NCBI GenBank assembly: GCA_965208575.1
Contig: CBDBOV010000001.1
Span: forward strand, 352,001 to 416,000
Origin: Spirochaetia bacterium
GTDB taxonomy: Bacteria > Spirochaetota > Spirochaetia > SZUA-6 > Bin103
DNA: 64,000 nt
Reading direction: 5' to 3'
The notes beneath the pieces are model-generated. The model was not told the DNA's origin and searched no databases. It saw nothing but the letters and a program-made list of their open reading frames with translations. Positions 1-8,984 of this stretch are shown piece by piece. A program made the position numbers and the translations under genes. Each line of letters starts with the position of its first letter. Position 1 is the first letter of the stretch.

Positions 1-639
1 GAAGCGTTTCTCTTGCCGCCGGGAACACGGCATCGGTTTCGCGCGCTGCCGCGGCGTCGCTGGGATCATTGCTGGGTGCGCTACGAGGAGCCCCCAGGAC
101 AGAGACCCATCGCGGCGGCGAGCTCGCCGATTATCGCGAGCTTCGATTCCGGGCCGCTGCGTCACGCGATTCTCGGGCTTCATGGTGAGTGCTCCACGGC
201 GACGGCGCCGGAGACCGCGGACGGGTGGGCGGAGCTCATTCATCGTTACGTCACCAGATTCGCCGGGCCCGCCGCGATGGATGCGCGTCTGTGGCGGCTA
301 TGGGAGACCGTGGCCACGGACTTGGGCCATCGTTGGAACACATCCGCGATGGCGCGCGTTGCCAACGTGAGCGAGAAGCACCTCGAACGACTCGCCAAGC
401 GAGAGCTTGGGCGAACCCCGCGCCAGCAGCTTATCTGGTTACGGATGCGGCGGGCGGCCGAGCTCTTGGCCGATGAAAGGCTGACTATCGAGAACGTCGC
501 GGCGCAGGTGGGATACGAGAACCCATTCGTATTCTCGACCACGTTCAAGCGAATCATAGGCTGGCCGCCGTCGAAGTACCCCGGTCGACGGTCTATCGAT
601 GCCGTCGCGCCGCGCGCCGCGAGCCGGGTCAGCCCTTGA
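1..639 (+). CDS. AraC-family transcriptional regulator (5' partial)
   Basis: Frame is open from base 1. C-terminal AraC double HTH: MARVANVSEKHLERL...IENVAAQVGYENPFVFSTTFKRIIGWPPSKY. Confidence 0.9.
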   Translation, partial: EAFLLPPGTRHRFRALPRRRWDHCWVRYEEPPGQRPIAAASSPIIASFDSGPLRHAILGLHGECSTATAPETADGWAELIHRYVTRFAGPAAMDARLWRLWETVATDLGHRWNTSAMARVANVSEKHLERLAKRELGRTPRQQLIWLRMRRAAELLADERLTIENVAAQVGYENPFVFSTTFKRIIGWPPSKYPGRRSIDAVAPRAASRVSP

Positions 640-819
640 TGGCGCCGAGCATGATGCCCTTGACGAAGTACTGCTGGATGAACGGGTGGACCGGCACGAT
701 CGGCCCGATGGCGAGCAGGACGCCTGCACCGGCACCATGATGGTCCAGTAGGCCGCACCGTCGATGATCGCGGAGTCCTCCATCGACTGATCGACCATCA
801 TCAGGAAGTTGCGCGTCAC
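629..819 (-). pseudogene. Remnant of carbohydrate ABC permease (internal deletion)
   Basis: EAA-loop-like RNFLMMVDQSMEDSAIIDGAAYWTI is joined out of frame to a typical permease C-terminus, LLAIGPIVPVHPFIQQYFVKGIMLGAIKG*. Confidence 0.75.
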
Positions 820-895
820 GATGCGAGGGTCCCGCGAGTCGCGTTGACCGTACCGGTTGCTTGCAAGGACGCGCCTCGCCCGCGAATTGCTTGGC

Positions 896-2002
896 TCAGA
901 TGAACATGGTCTTGGTGTCGTAGTCCCGGAGGATCGCAGCGCGGGCGGCCTCGTTCCAGCGGTTGTCGTCCGGTTCGTCGGCCAGCGGTTGGTAGCGGTA
1001 GCTGCGCTCGAGCGGAAAGCGCTGGTGGCGGGCGTCGATGGCCAGCGCGATGATGCGCGAGCGCTCGTGGATGCGCGCGGCGTCGTAGGTCACCGGCGGG
1101 TCCCCGCGCGTTACGCCGAGCAGCGACGAGCGGCGGTGAAAGCCGAACACCAGCGTCACCCGCAGCTCCTCGGACTCGTTGGCGAACGCGCCGTGCACCA
1201 CCTGGCGGTTGTTGATCGCCACGTCTCCGGGGTTGCACAGCATCGGCACCGCGCCGGGCAGGCGGTCGGAGCCGCCGTTGGCCGCCACGTGAGCGGCGAT
1301 GTCGAACCGGCTGCGGTGGGTGCCGGGCACTACCCACAGCGCGTTGGCGGGAGTGGTGGGGTAGAGCTGGGCCATCGTGTTGTAGCCGTGGGTGCCGGCG
1401 TCCAACTTGCCGCTGTCCCAGTGCGTGGTGCCGTCCTGGTGCCACGCCGTGGACGGCCCGAGCCCCGGTTGCTTGACGAATATCCCCTCGTTCCAGGGCA
1501 CGAAGTCGGGGCCGTTGATCCGTTCCGCCACTGCCAGCAGGTCCGGATGGCCGTACAGCCTCAGGTAGGCGTCCATGAGCTGCAGCGCGCCGCCGCCGAT
1601 GAAGCTCAGCACCTCCTCCGGCGCCTCCCGGGAGGCCTCGGGCTCGGTCATCTTTACCGGGTGGCGGCCGTCGCTGGCCGCGGTGCCCCCGGCCGGGTCG
1701 CTGAGAGGCTTCGCGAACTGGAACTGCGGGCGCTCCAGGTCCACGCCGAGCGCGGGCCGGCCCTGCGCATCGGTATCGGCCGCAGGTGCGTGCGGCGCCC
1801 GTTCCAGCACGCGCGCGAAGTCAGCCTTCAGCTCGCTCAGCTCCTCGTCGCCCACCACGCCCTCGAACACGTAGAAGCCGGTGCGCCAGTAGGCGTCGAC
1901 AATCTCCTGCGCAAGCTTGCCATTGCCGTCGAACCGCAGCGGTCCGCGGTTGCCGAGTTCACAGGCACGCCGTTCGCCCTCTACCAGGTACGCGTCAGTC
2001 AC
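896..2002 (-). CDS. Phytanoyl-CoA dioxygenase (PhyH) family 2OG-Fe(II) dioxygenase
   Basis: AWHQDG (HxD), WVVPGTH and VVHGAFAN motifs; GTG start after GAGGGG; close paralog at 16010-17116. Confidence 0.9.
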   Translation of the reverse strand: MTDAYLVEGERRACELGNRGPLRFDGNGKLAQEIVDAYWRTGFYVFEGVVGDEELSELKADFARVLERAPHAPAADTDAQGRPALGVDLERPQFQFAKPLSDPAGGTAASDGRHPVKMTEPEASREAPEEVLSFIGGGALQLMDAYLRLYGHPDLLAVAERINGPDFVPWNEGIFVKQPGLGPSTAWHQDGTTHWDSGKLDAGTHGYNTMAQLYPTTPANALWVVPGTHRSRFDIAAHVAANGGSDRLPGAVPMLCNPGDVAINNRQVVHGAFANESEELRVTLVFGFHRRSSLLGVTRGDPPVTYDAARIHERSRIIALAIDARHQRFPLERSYRYQPLADEPDDNRWNEAARAAILRDYDTKTMFI

Positions 2003-2225
2003 CGCATCCCCCCTCGCCGGGGACATTATTGGACGCGTCAGTCGGCGGCGCAACCGATCGGCACAAGAGCGGGCGCGCGGTAGCCGGCGAGGGCGCGTCC
2101 TTGACGGATTTCCGGTCCGGTCCGACACTGCGCGCAGTGTCGGACCGCATCACCTTCAGGCAACGGCGGCGCGGCGTCGGAACGGAAGCGCCGCGGGTCG
2201 CACCGGAATCGGTCGGCGGGCGATC

Positions 2226-3659
2226 GTGCTGACTCGGCTGCGCGTTTCGGGCTTCCGGAACCTGGTCGACGCCGATGTCCGGTTCGGACCGTTCACCTGT
2301 GTCGTCGGGCCCAACGGCGGCGGCAAGTCCAACCTGTTCGACGCGATCCGGTTCCTGAGCGCGCTGGCCGATGGCACGCTCGACGAGGCTGCCGACGTGG
2401 TGTGCGGCGGTCACGGCGGCGCCGACGTGCGCGACCTCTTCCACCGCTCCGGCAGCGGCGTCGCCGACCGTATGACGTTCGTGGCCGACATGGTCGTTCC
2501 CTGGCGAGCGGTCGACGACTTGGGCCAGGAGACCAGGGCCAACAGCACGTTGCTGCGCTACTCCCTCGAACTCGGCCGCCGCCAAGTGCGGGCCGGGTTG
2601 GCACACGGCGCCCTCGCCGTCATCAGGGAGGACTTGATTCATCTCCGCCAGCGGGACGCGCCGCACCACCTCCTGTTCCCGCACAGCGCAAGCGAATGGC
2701 GCCGGGCGGTGGTGGGCGGCCGGCGCTCGGCGCCATCCTTCATCTCCACCGAGGGGAACGGAGAACAGCGCGTCGTGGTGCTGCATCGCGACGGCGGCGG
2801 CGGCGTCGGTCCGGTGCGCCTGCGAGCGGTCGACCTGCCGCGCACCGTGCTGTCGACGGCCTCCGGCGCGCAGAGTCCCACGGTGCTCGCCGCCCGCCGG
2901 GAGCTGCAGTCGTGGCAGTTGCTGCACCCGGAGCCGGCCGCGCTGCGCCGGCCGGATCGATTCGGCTCACCGTCGCGCATGGCAGCCGACGGCGGCCACC
3001 TGGCCGCGGCCCTGTACCGGCTGACCAACAGCCATGGCGGCGACGCGCGCAACCTGGATCGGGCACCGTTGGAAGCGATGTCCGATCAACTTGGCGAGCT
3101 GATCGACGGCGCGCATGCGGTGCAGATCGAAGTGGATCGCGAACGCGACCGGCTGGTGCTTTCCCTGCTTGACCGGAACGGGACCCCTCATCCCGCATCG
3201 ACGCTTGCGGACGGCGTGCTGCGGCTCCTGGCGTTCCTGGTGCTGGCCCACGATCCGCGGACGTGCGGCGTGCTGTGCATGGAGGATCCGGAACGCGGCA
3301 TCCATCCGGCTCGGATTCCGGCTGTCCTCGACCTGTTGATCGGGATCGGCGTGGATGCTCACCAGCCGGTCGGGGAGCGCAATCCACTCCGCCAGGTGAT
3401 CGTCAGCACCCATGCGCCGGCGGTCCTGCAGCAGGTCCCTGACGAGAGTGTCGTGTTCGTGCGATCTCAAGGCGGGAGCGCGCAGTTTTCGTGCCTGCCG
3501 GATACTTGGCGAGCCGGGGACAGCCGGCATGTGTCACGCGACGATCTGGAGGCGTACCTGCATCCGGTGCCGTCGCGGGATGCCGGTGCCGGCGGCGCGC
3601 GCTACCGGCGCGTAGTCGATCGGGAAGACTCGGAGCAGTTGCCGCTGTTTCTCAACTGA
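2226..3659 (+). CDS. ABC-type (AAA_21/AAA_15-like) ATPase
   Basis: MLTRLRVSGFRNL N-terminus, Walker A GPNGGGKSN, signature LADGVLR, Walker B LCMEDPE, H-loop STHAP. Confidence 0.85.
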   Translation: MLTRLRVSGFRNLVDADVRFGPFTCVVGPNGGGKSNLFDAIRFLSALADGTLDEAADVVCGGHGGADVRDLFHRSGSGVADRMTFVADMVVPWRAVDDLGQETRANSTLLRYSLELGRRQVRAGLAHGALAVIREDLIHLRQRDAPHHLLFPHSASEWRRAVVGGRRSAPSFISTEGNGEQRVVVLHRDGGGGVGPVRLRAVDLPRTVLSTASGAQSPTVLAARRELQSWQLLHPEPAALRRPDRFGSPSRMAADGGHLAAALYRLTNSHGGDARNLDRAPLEAMSDQLGELIDGAHAVQIEVDRERDRLVLSLLDRNGTPHPASTLADGVLRLLAFLVLAHDPRTCGVLCMEDPERGIHPARIPAVLDLLIGIGVDAHQPVGERNPLRQVIVSTHAPAVLQQVPDESVVFVRSQGGSAQFSCLPDTWRAGDSRHVSRDDLEAYLHPVPSRDAGAGGARYRRVVDREDSEQLPLFLN

Positions 3660-3690
3660 GCCTGAAGCGCACGGCAGTTGGCCGGTCAGG

Positions 3691-4221
3691 TCAGACCGAG
3701 GCCATCCGGCGAACGGTCGCCGCGACTTCGGCGACCGAGCGGTGGTCGGTGGTGAGGTGGGTTGCGAACCGCGGCGATTGCAAGGCTGTGGTACAGCGCT
3801 CAACGCGCTGCAGCGCCCACCGCGTCGCGCGCGGATCGAGGGGGCGCAGCAGGAGCCGCCGGCGGATGGTCTTCGGGTCGGCGACCAGCGTGAAGTGGTG
3901 CACTGTTATGCCGGCTCTCCGCAACTCCCCCACCGTCTCGTCGAAGTATCCGGCATCCACCACCGCCATCGGCACCAGGAGCAGTCCTGGATGGTCCTGC
4001 AGCACGCCTGCGACAGCGGCGACGGTGAGGCGCCGCCACAGGTGCAGGTCCTGGAAGTCATCGCTGCGCCGGGCCGCCGGGATCGCCCTGCTCAGCATCC
4101 CGCCGATGTCTTCCGGATCCAGCGTCATGGCGTCCGGCAGGAGCGTGGACAGCCTCCGCGCCACCGTCGTCTTGCCGACGCCGAATGCCCCGTTCAACCA
4201 GATTACCCGTGGCTTCGACAT
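3691..4221 (-). CDS. P-loop NTPase, TmrB/AAA_33-like
   Basis: IWLNGAFGVGKTT Walker A; DFQDLHLWRRL and HHFTLVAD resemble tunicamycin-resistance TmrB-like proteins. Confidence 0.75.
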   Translation of the reverse strand: MSKPRVIWLNGAFGVGKTTVARRLSTLLPDAMTLDPEDIGGMLSRAIPAARRSDDFQDLHLWRRLTVAAVAGVLQDHPGLLLVPMAVVDAGYFDETVGELRRAGITVHHFTLVADPKTIRRRLLLRPLDPRATRWALQRVERCTTALQSPRFATHLTTDHRSVAEVAATVRRMASV

Positions 4222-4249
4222 GGGTGACCGTGTGTTATGGTATTGGGCA

Positions 4250-5011
4250 GTGGAAACTTCGCACAACGGCTTGTCGGTCGAACAGAAGGCGCGCTACCGG
4301 CAAGATGGCTACGTCGTCCTGGATCGCGTGTTCGCGGCTGACGAGTGCCGGCGGTTCGTCCGCCACGTGGACGACCTGAGCGCCGGAAGGAAGCGGCTCG
4401 ACGGGTTCGGCCAGCAGGAGAACTACGGCCAGCGCACGTTCAATCAGCACCTCTACGATCCGGTCGCGCTGCAGTTCCTGATCGACGAGCGCCTGCACCG
4501 TCCGCTCGCCGACTGCTTCGAAGACGAGCCGGAGGCGATCCAGACCATGCACTTCTTCGCAGGCTCGGAGCATCCCCTGCACCAGGACCAGTACTACCTT
4601 CCCGACTGCATGTCGGCGTGGATCGCGATGGTCGACGTCGACCAGGACAACGGCCCGCTGGTGGTTCAGCCCGGTTCGCACACGGGCCGGCTGGTCACCA
4701 AGAGCGACGCGCGCCACGAGCTGCAGCCGGGCGAGACCTACATGGACCAGCAGCACGGCCGCTACTTTCCGCTGGTGCGGGAGGCGTTCCACGACAACGG
4801 GCGGGACCAGGCGCAGGTGCTGGTGAACCGGGGCGACGTGGTGCTGTTCCACGGCCGGCTGATCCACGGCGGCGCCCCGGTGCGGCGCCCCGGCACCCCC
4901 CGGCACGCGCTGGCGTGTCACTACATTCCGCACGGGAGCGAGAACTGGGACCGCGACTGGCCGCGCATCTCGTTCGACGGCACGCGCCGCGTCCACTACC
5001 GCGCCGCGTAG
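4250..5011 (+). CDS. PhyH family dioxygenase
   Basis: YRQDGYVVL, LHQDQYY, NGPLVVQPGSH and LFHGRLIHGG motifs; start codon uncertain. Confidence 0.88.
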   Translation: METSHNGLSVEQKARYRQDGYVVLDRVFAADECRRFVRHVDDLSAGRKRLDGFGQQENYGQRTFNQHLYDPVALQFLIDERLHRPLADCFEDEPEAIQTMHFFAGSEHPLHQDQYYLPDCMSAWIAMVDVDQDNGPLVVQPGSHTGRLVTKSDARHELQPGETYMDQQHGRYFPLVREAFHDNGRDQAQVLVNRGDVVLFHGRLIHGGAPVRRPGTPRHALACHYIPHGSENWDRDWPRISFDGTRRVHYRAA

Positions 5012-5040
5012 CCAGCCTCGGCATCGCACTCGCCGGCCGC

Positions 5041-5484
5041 ATGCGCCACCTGCCCCGGTTCTTGATTGCCTGCGGCGTCGTGCTGCTTGCCATCGGCTGC
5101 ACCGGCGGCCGGCAGCCCATGCCCGCGCTGGCGCCGGTGGTCCTGGGCGGGGACACTCGACAGACGGATGCCTTCCAACTCAACGCCGCCGCGGTCGATG
5201 GCGACGTGCTCGCCATAGAGGTGTCCTACGCGGGCGGCTGCCGCAACCACGAGTTCTTGCTGCGGGCGTCGCGCTCGTTCCAGGTGGTGGCCGGCTCGGT
5301 GCGGCTTGAGATTGCACTGATCCACAACGCCAACGAGGATCCCTGCGAGGCCTTTCTCACCGAGCAGCTCCGCTTCGATCTGGATCCGGTCAAGCGCCTC
5401 TACCGTCAGACGTACAGCCAGGAAACCGGCACTGTGTACCTCCGTCTCGACGGCCACGCGGGGCCTCTCGTCTACCGTTTCTGA
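5041..5484 (+). CDS. Lipoprotein of unknown function (possibly NigD C-terminal-like)
   Basis: Signal peptide with lipobox LAIGC; SYAGGCRNHEF...HNANEDPCEA Cys pair. Confidence 0.65.
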   Translation: MRHLPRFLIACGVVLLAIGCTGGRQPMPALAPVVLGGDTRQTDAFQLNAAAVDGDVLAIEVSYAGGCRNHEFLLRASRSFQVVAGSVRLEIALIHNANEDPCEAFLTEQLRFDLDPVKRLYRQTYSQETGTVYLRLDGHAGPLVYRF

Positions 5485-5530
5485 CTCACGACGGCGAGCA
5501 GGTCAGGCGGCTGGCGGAAGGCTGGGGCGT

Positions 5531-6133
5531 TCAGCAGTCGGGAAGGCGCGGGCGCGGTCTGGTCCTGGTGTCGCAGCCGTGTGTGCGCTCAAGATCGACA
5601 TTGGTCAGGTTGGCGCCACCGAGGTCTGCCTCGTCCAGGACAGCGCCTGCTAAATCCGCTCCATGCAGATTTGCCTCGCTCAGATCGGCTCCGTTCAACG
5701 CCGCACTGCGCAGATCCGCCTCGTGCAGGTTCGCTCGTCGCAGGATCGCCGCCACCAGGGATGCGGCGCGCAGATTGGTGCCGCTCAGGTCCGCCCGCCG
5801 CAGGTCGGCATCCACCAGGTCGGCACCGATCAGGTCCGCCGCCGCCAGGGAGGCATCGCGCAGCATCACGTTGCGCATCGTCGCCCCGGTCAGGATTGCT
5901 CTCTCCAGGTCCGCGTTGATCAGGTCGGCGTTCGTCAAGTCCGCGTTGACCAGGAGGGCGCCCGACAGGTCGGCGCCGGTGAGATCCACGCCGCGCAGGT
6001 CGGCGCCGCGCAGGTCGGCGTCGCTCAAGTCCGCATACTCGCAGTCCGGCAAGCACTCCGGCAGAGCCGCTACATACGTGGCGGCCGCCAGCAAGAGTAC
6101 CACAATCGAAGGCAGGTTCCTCTGAAGCGTCAT
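5531..6133 (-). CDS. Secreted pentapeptide-repeat protein
   Basis: Hydrophobic N-terminus followed by a long run of A(D/N)Lxx pentapeptides. Confidence 0.92.
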   Translation of the reverse strand: MTLQRNLPSIVVLLLAAATYVAALPECLPDCEYADLSDADLRGADLRGVDLTGADLSGALLVNADLTNADLINADLERAILTGATMRNVMLRDASLAAADLIGADLVDADLRRADLSGTNLRAASLVAAILRRANLHEADLRSAALNGADLSEANLHGADLAGAVLDEADLGGANLTNVDLERTHGCDTRTRPRPRLPDC

Positions 6134-6412
6134 GCGCCAAGTATCGCACGTCGCACGGACCATGAACCACCACCGTCTGAAGGCCGGCAGAGATGAGGCT
6201 CAAGGTTCACCAGTTCAAACGGCGTCTGGATACCACACGAATACCGTATGTCCGCATCAAGGTGCGATACATGGATGAAATTGGGCATTGGACTCCTGTA
6301 TGGTCGGGACAGGGGAGCGACGACGTTGCGCGACTACCGCTCTATCGACTCCACCGAGCGAGTGATTGACCACGTGCGAGGGGGCGGCCGACACTGCTCG
6401 GGGAGCCGTGCC

Positions 6413-7138
6413 ATGCAGTCACTGTCGGAAAGGGTCGCCGTGGTAACCGGTGGCGGGCGCGGTATCGGCCGCGCCATCGCCGTCGCCTTCGCCCGCGAGG
6501 GTGCGGACGTGGCGCTTGCCGCGCGCAGCGATTCGGAGTTGGCCACGGTCGCAAACAAGATCCGAGGGCTCGGCCGGCGGGTCCTGGCGGTGCCGACCGA
6601 CGTCGTCCGGCGCGACCAGGTGGACGCGCTGGCGGACGCGGTGCGCGGGGAGTTCGGGCGCCTCGACATCCTGGTTAACAACGCCGGCGGCGGCCTGGAA
6701 CCCAGCAGCATCCTGGTCAGCGATCCCGGCCTGTGGGTCGAGGACGTTACCGTGAACTGCATCAGCGCCTACCTGGTGTCGCGCGCACTGCTGCCGCTGA
6801 TGATCGAGTCGGGCGGCGGGCGGGTGATCAACATCGGTTCGGGCATGGGACACCGGCCTACCGCGAGCGGCTCCGCATACCACGTCGGCAAGGCGGGCCT
6901 GTGGATGTTCACCCGCTGCCTGGCCGAGGAGGTGTGGCAGCACAACATCGCCGTGAACGAGTTGATACCGGGTCCGGTCGCGACCCGGATCACGCCGCGT
7001 GAAGGTCCGCCGCCCTACGCGGCGAGCGAAGTGATCAAGGAACCGGAGGAGGTGGCGCCGCTGGCGTTGTTCCTGGCCACCCAGCCGGACCGCGGCCCCA
7101 CCGCGCAGAGCTTCAGCCTCACCCGCCGCCCGATCTGA
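6413..7138 (+). CDS. SDR family oxidoreductase
   Basis: TGGGRGIG, NNAG and YHVGK (YxxxK). Confidence 0.92.
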   Translation: MQSLSERVAVVTGGGRGIGRAIAVAFAREGADVALAARSDSELATVANKIRGLGRRVLAVPTDVVRRDQVDALADAVRGEFGRLDILVNNAGGGLEPSSILVSDPGLWVEDVTVNCISAYLVSRALLPLMIESGGGRVINIGSGMGHRPTASGSAYHVGKAGLWMFTRCLAEEVWQHNIAVNELIPGPVATRITPREGPPPYAASEVIKEPEEVAPLALFLATQPDRGPTAQSFSLTRRPI

Positions 7139-7233
7139 CCGGCTCGCGACGGATCTGCGGGGCCTCGGGCCGTGGCGTGGAGGTCGCGCGCGCTGTGGGC
7201 GAGCGGCCGCGAATTTCGTATCCTGACAGGGAC

Positions 7234-8967
7234 ATGAATTCCCACTTGTTGTCCGACGCCGCGATCCGCCAGTTCATCGTGGACGGCTACGTGCAGGTGC
7301 AGACGGAGCTGTCCGAGTCGGTGCACCGCGCCATCTTCGAGAAGACCGACGCCATATTCTCCAAGATCCGCAGCCCGGAGGTGGAGTGGGCGTACAATCC
7401 CCTCAACAACGTGCTGCCGGTGGTGCCGGAACTGCAACAGGTCATGGATGCGCCGCAGGTGCGCGGCGCGCTCACCAGCCTGCTCGGGCCTGGCTACGTG
7501 ATGCTGCCGCACCGCCACTGCCATCCCAACTTCGCCAGGCCGGAGTCCTCCGTCGCGGACGGGCGCAAGCTGATCATGGGCATTCACAAGGACGGCCACG
7601 CCGGCGGCCAGAAGCCGCGCCACCGGGTGCCGCGCTGGGCGATCCTGTTCTACTACCCGCAGGAGTGCCCGGACGAGCAGGGCCCAACGGTGATCGTGCC
7701 GCGCTCCCACTTTCAGCACAACCTTGCCCGGCAGGGCGACGCCGACCCCAATCTGACCCTGGCGGCTCGCGGCGACGGCACCTACGGATTGCCCGAGCAC
7801 TACATCCACCGCACCCTGCTGCCGCTGGCCGGCGGTCTCGGCGCGGTCTCGATCATGCACTTCGACGTCGGCCACTCGGTGATCGAGAACCTCGCCCGGC
7901 AGCACCGCTACGGGCAGAAGTTCGTGTTCATGCGCACCGAGGAGCCGGAAGCGGCCACCTGGGACAATCGGGTGGAGGATTGGGAGCAGCCCGACGTTGC
8001 CGCGATTCCGGACCATGAGATTCTGTGGACCTACATCTGGAACTGGATGCGCGGCGGGGATGACCGCTTCCGGCGCGGGGCGGGAGCCCGGTTGCAGCGC
8101 CGCGGCGCCGCCGAGCTGATTCGCTTGCTGGAGGCACCGGAAGCGCCGCAGCGGCTGCAGGCGGCCAACGAGTTGGGCTTCCTGCGTGCGGCGGCGGCCG
8201 ACACCGAGGGCACGGTGGCCGCGCTGGTGCGGGCGCTGCGCGACGAATACGAGCCGGTACGCCTCAACGCCGCCTATGCGCTCGGCGCCATCGGCGCACC
8301 GGCGCAGGCGCCGCTGCTGGAGCTGCTTGCCACGGATGCCGCGTTCTACGAATTCGACCCGGTAACGCACGTGTCGATCGCCGCCCATGCCCTGGGCGCC
8401 ATGGGCGGGCCGGCCGTGGACGCACTGGCCGAACGGCTGACCGCCGACGGCGAGCACACCCGCTCCTGGGCCGCCTATGCGCTCGGCGAGATTGGGAGGC
8501 CGGCGGCCGCCGCGTTGCCGCGTTTGCTGGCGGCGGCCCGCGACGCATCGCCGAACGTGTGCCGGCATGCGCTGTCCGCGATCGGCATCATAGCCAACCC
8601 CGCCGACCGGGTGGAGGAGGCCCTGGTGGAGCGGTTGGCGAGCGAGTCGGACAGCGAGTTGCGCCAGTACGTGCTGCAGGCACTGTTCCGCATCGGGCCG
8701 TCGAGCAGTTCTGGTGTGCCGGTGGTGGCCGCCGCGCTTGGCGACGACGACGGCTACGTCGGCGCCTACGCCGCCGAGCAGTTGTTCCGCACCGGCACGC
8801 CGGAAGCGTTCGCGGCGCTGGTTCCCTACCTGCGCGGCCAGCGCTGGTTCCCGCACGAGCCGATCACCGAACAGCGTATCACCGAGCGGCGCGGGCGCGC
8901 CCGGACGCAACGCCTCGCCAAGCTGCGCCGCGCCCCGGAGCTGACGGTGACCGTCGGCGGCGGCTGA
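7234..8967 (+). CDS. PhyH-like dioxygenase fused to HEAT/PBS repeats
   Basis: N-half has FIVDGYV, IHKDG, GPTVIVPRSH and HFDVGH; C-half has repeated VRLNAAYALGAIG and RSWAAYALGEIG. Confidence 0.8.
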   Translation: MNSHLLSDAAIRQFIVDGYVQVQTELSESVHRAIFEKTDAIFSKIRSPEVEWAYNPLNNVLPVVPELQQVMDAPQVRGALTSLLGPGYVMLPHRHCHPNFARPESSVADGRKLIMGIHKDGHAGGQKPRHRVPRWAILFYYPQECPDEQGPTVIVPRSHFQHNLARQGDADPNLTLAARGDGTYGLPEHYIHRTLLPLAGGLGAVSIMHFDVGHSVIENLARQHRYGQKFVFMRTEEPEAATWDNRVEDWEQPDVAAIPDHEILWTYIWNWMRGGDDRFRRGAGARLQRRGAAELIRLLEAPEAPQRLQAANELGFLRAAAADTEGTVAALVRALRDEYEPVRLNAAYALGAIGAPAQAPLLELLATDAAFYEFDPVTHVSIAAHALGAMGGPAVDALAERLTADGEHTRSWAAYALGEIGRPAAAALPRLLAAARDASPNVCRHALSAIGIIANPADRVEEALVERLASESDSELRQYVLQALFRIGPSSSSGVPVVAAALGDDDGYVGAYAAEQLFRTGTPEAFAALVPYLRGQRWFPHEPITEQRITERRGRARTQRLAKLRRAPELTVTVGGG

Positions 8968-8984
8968 CCGCGCTTCCTTCGCGA

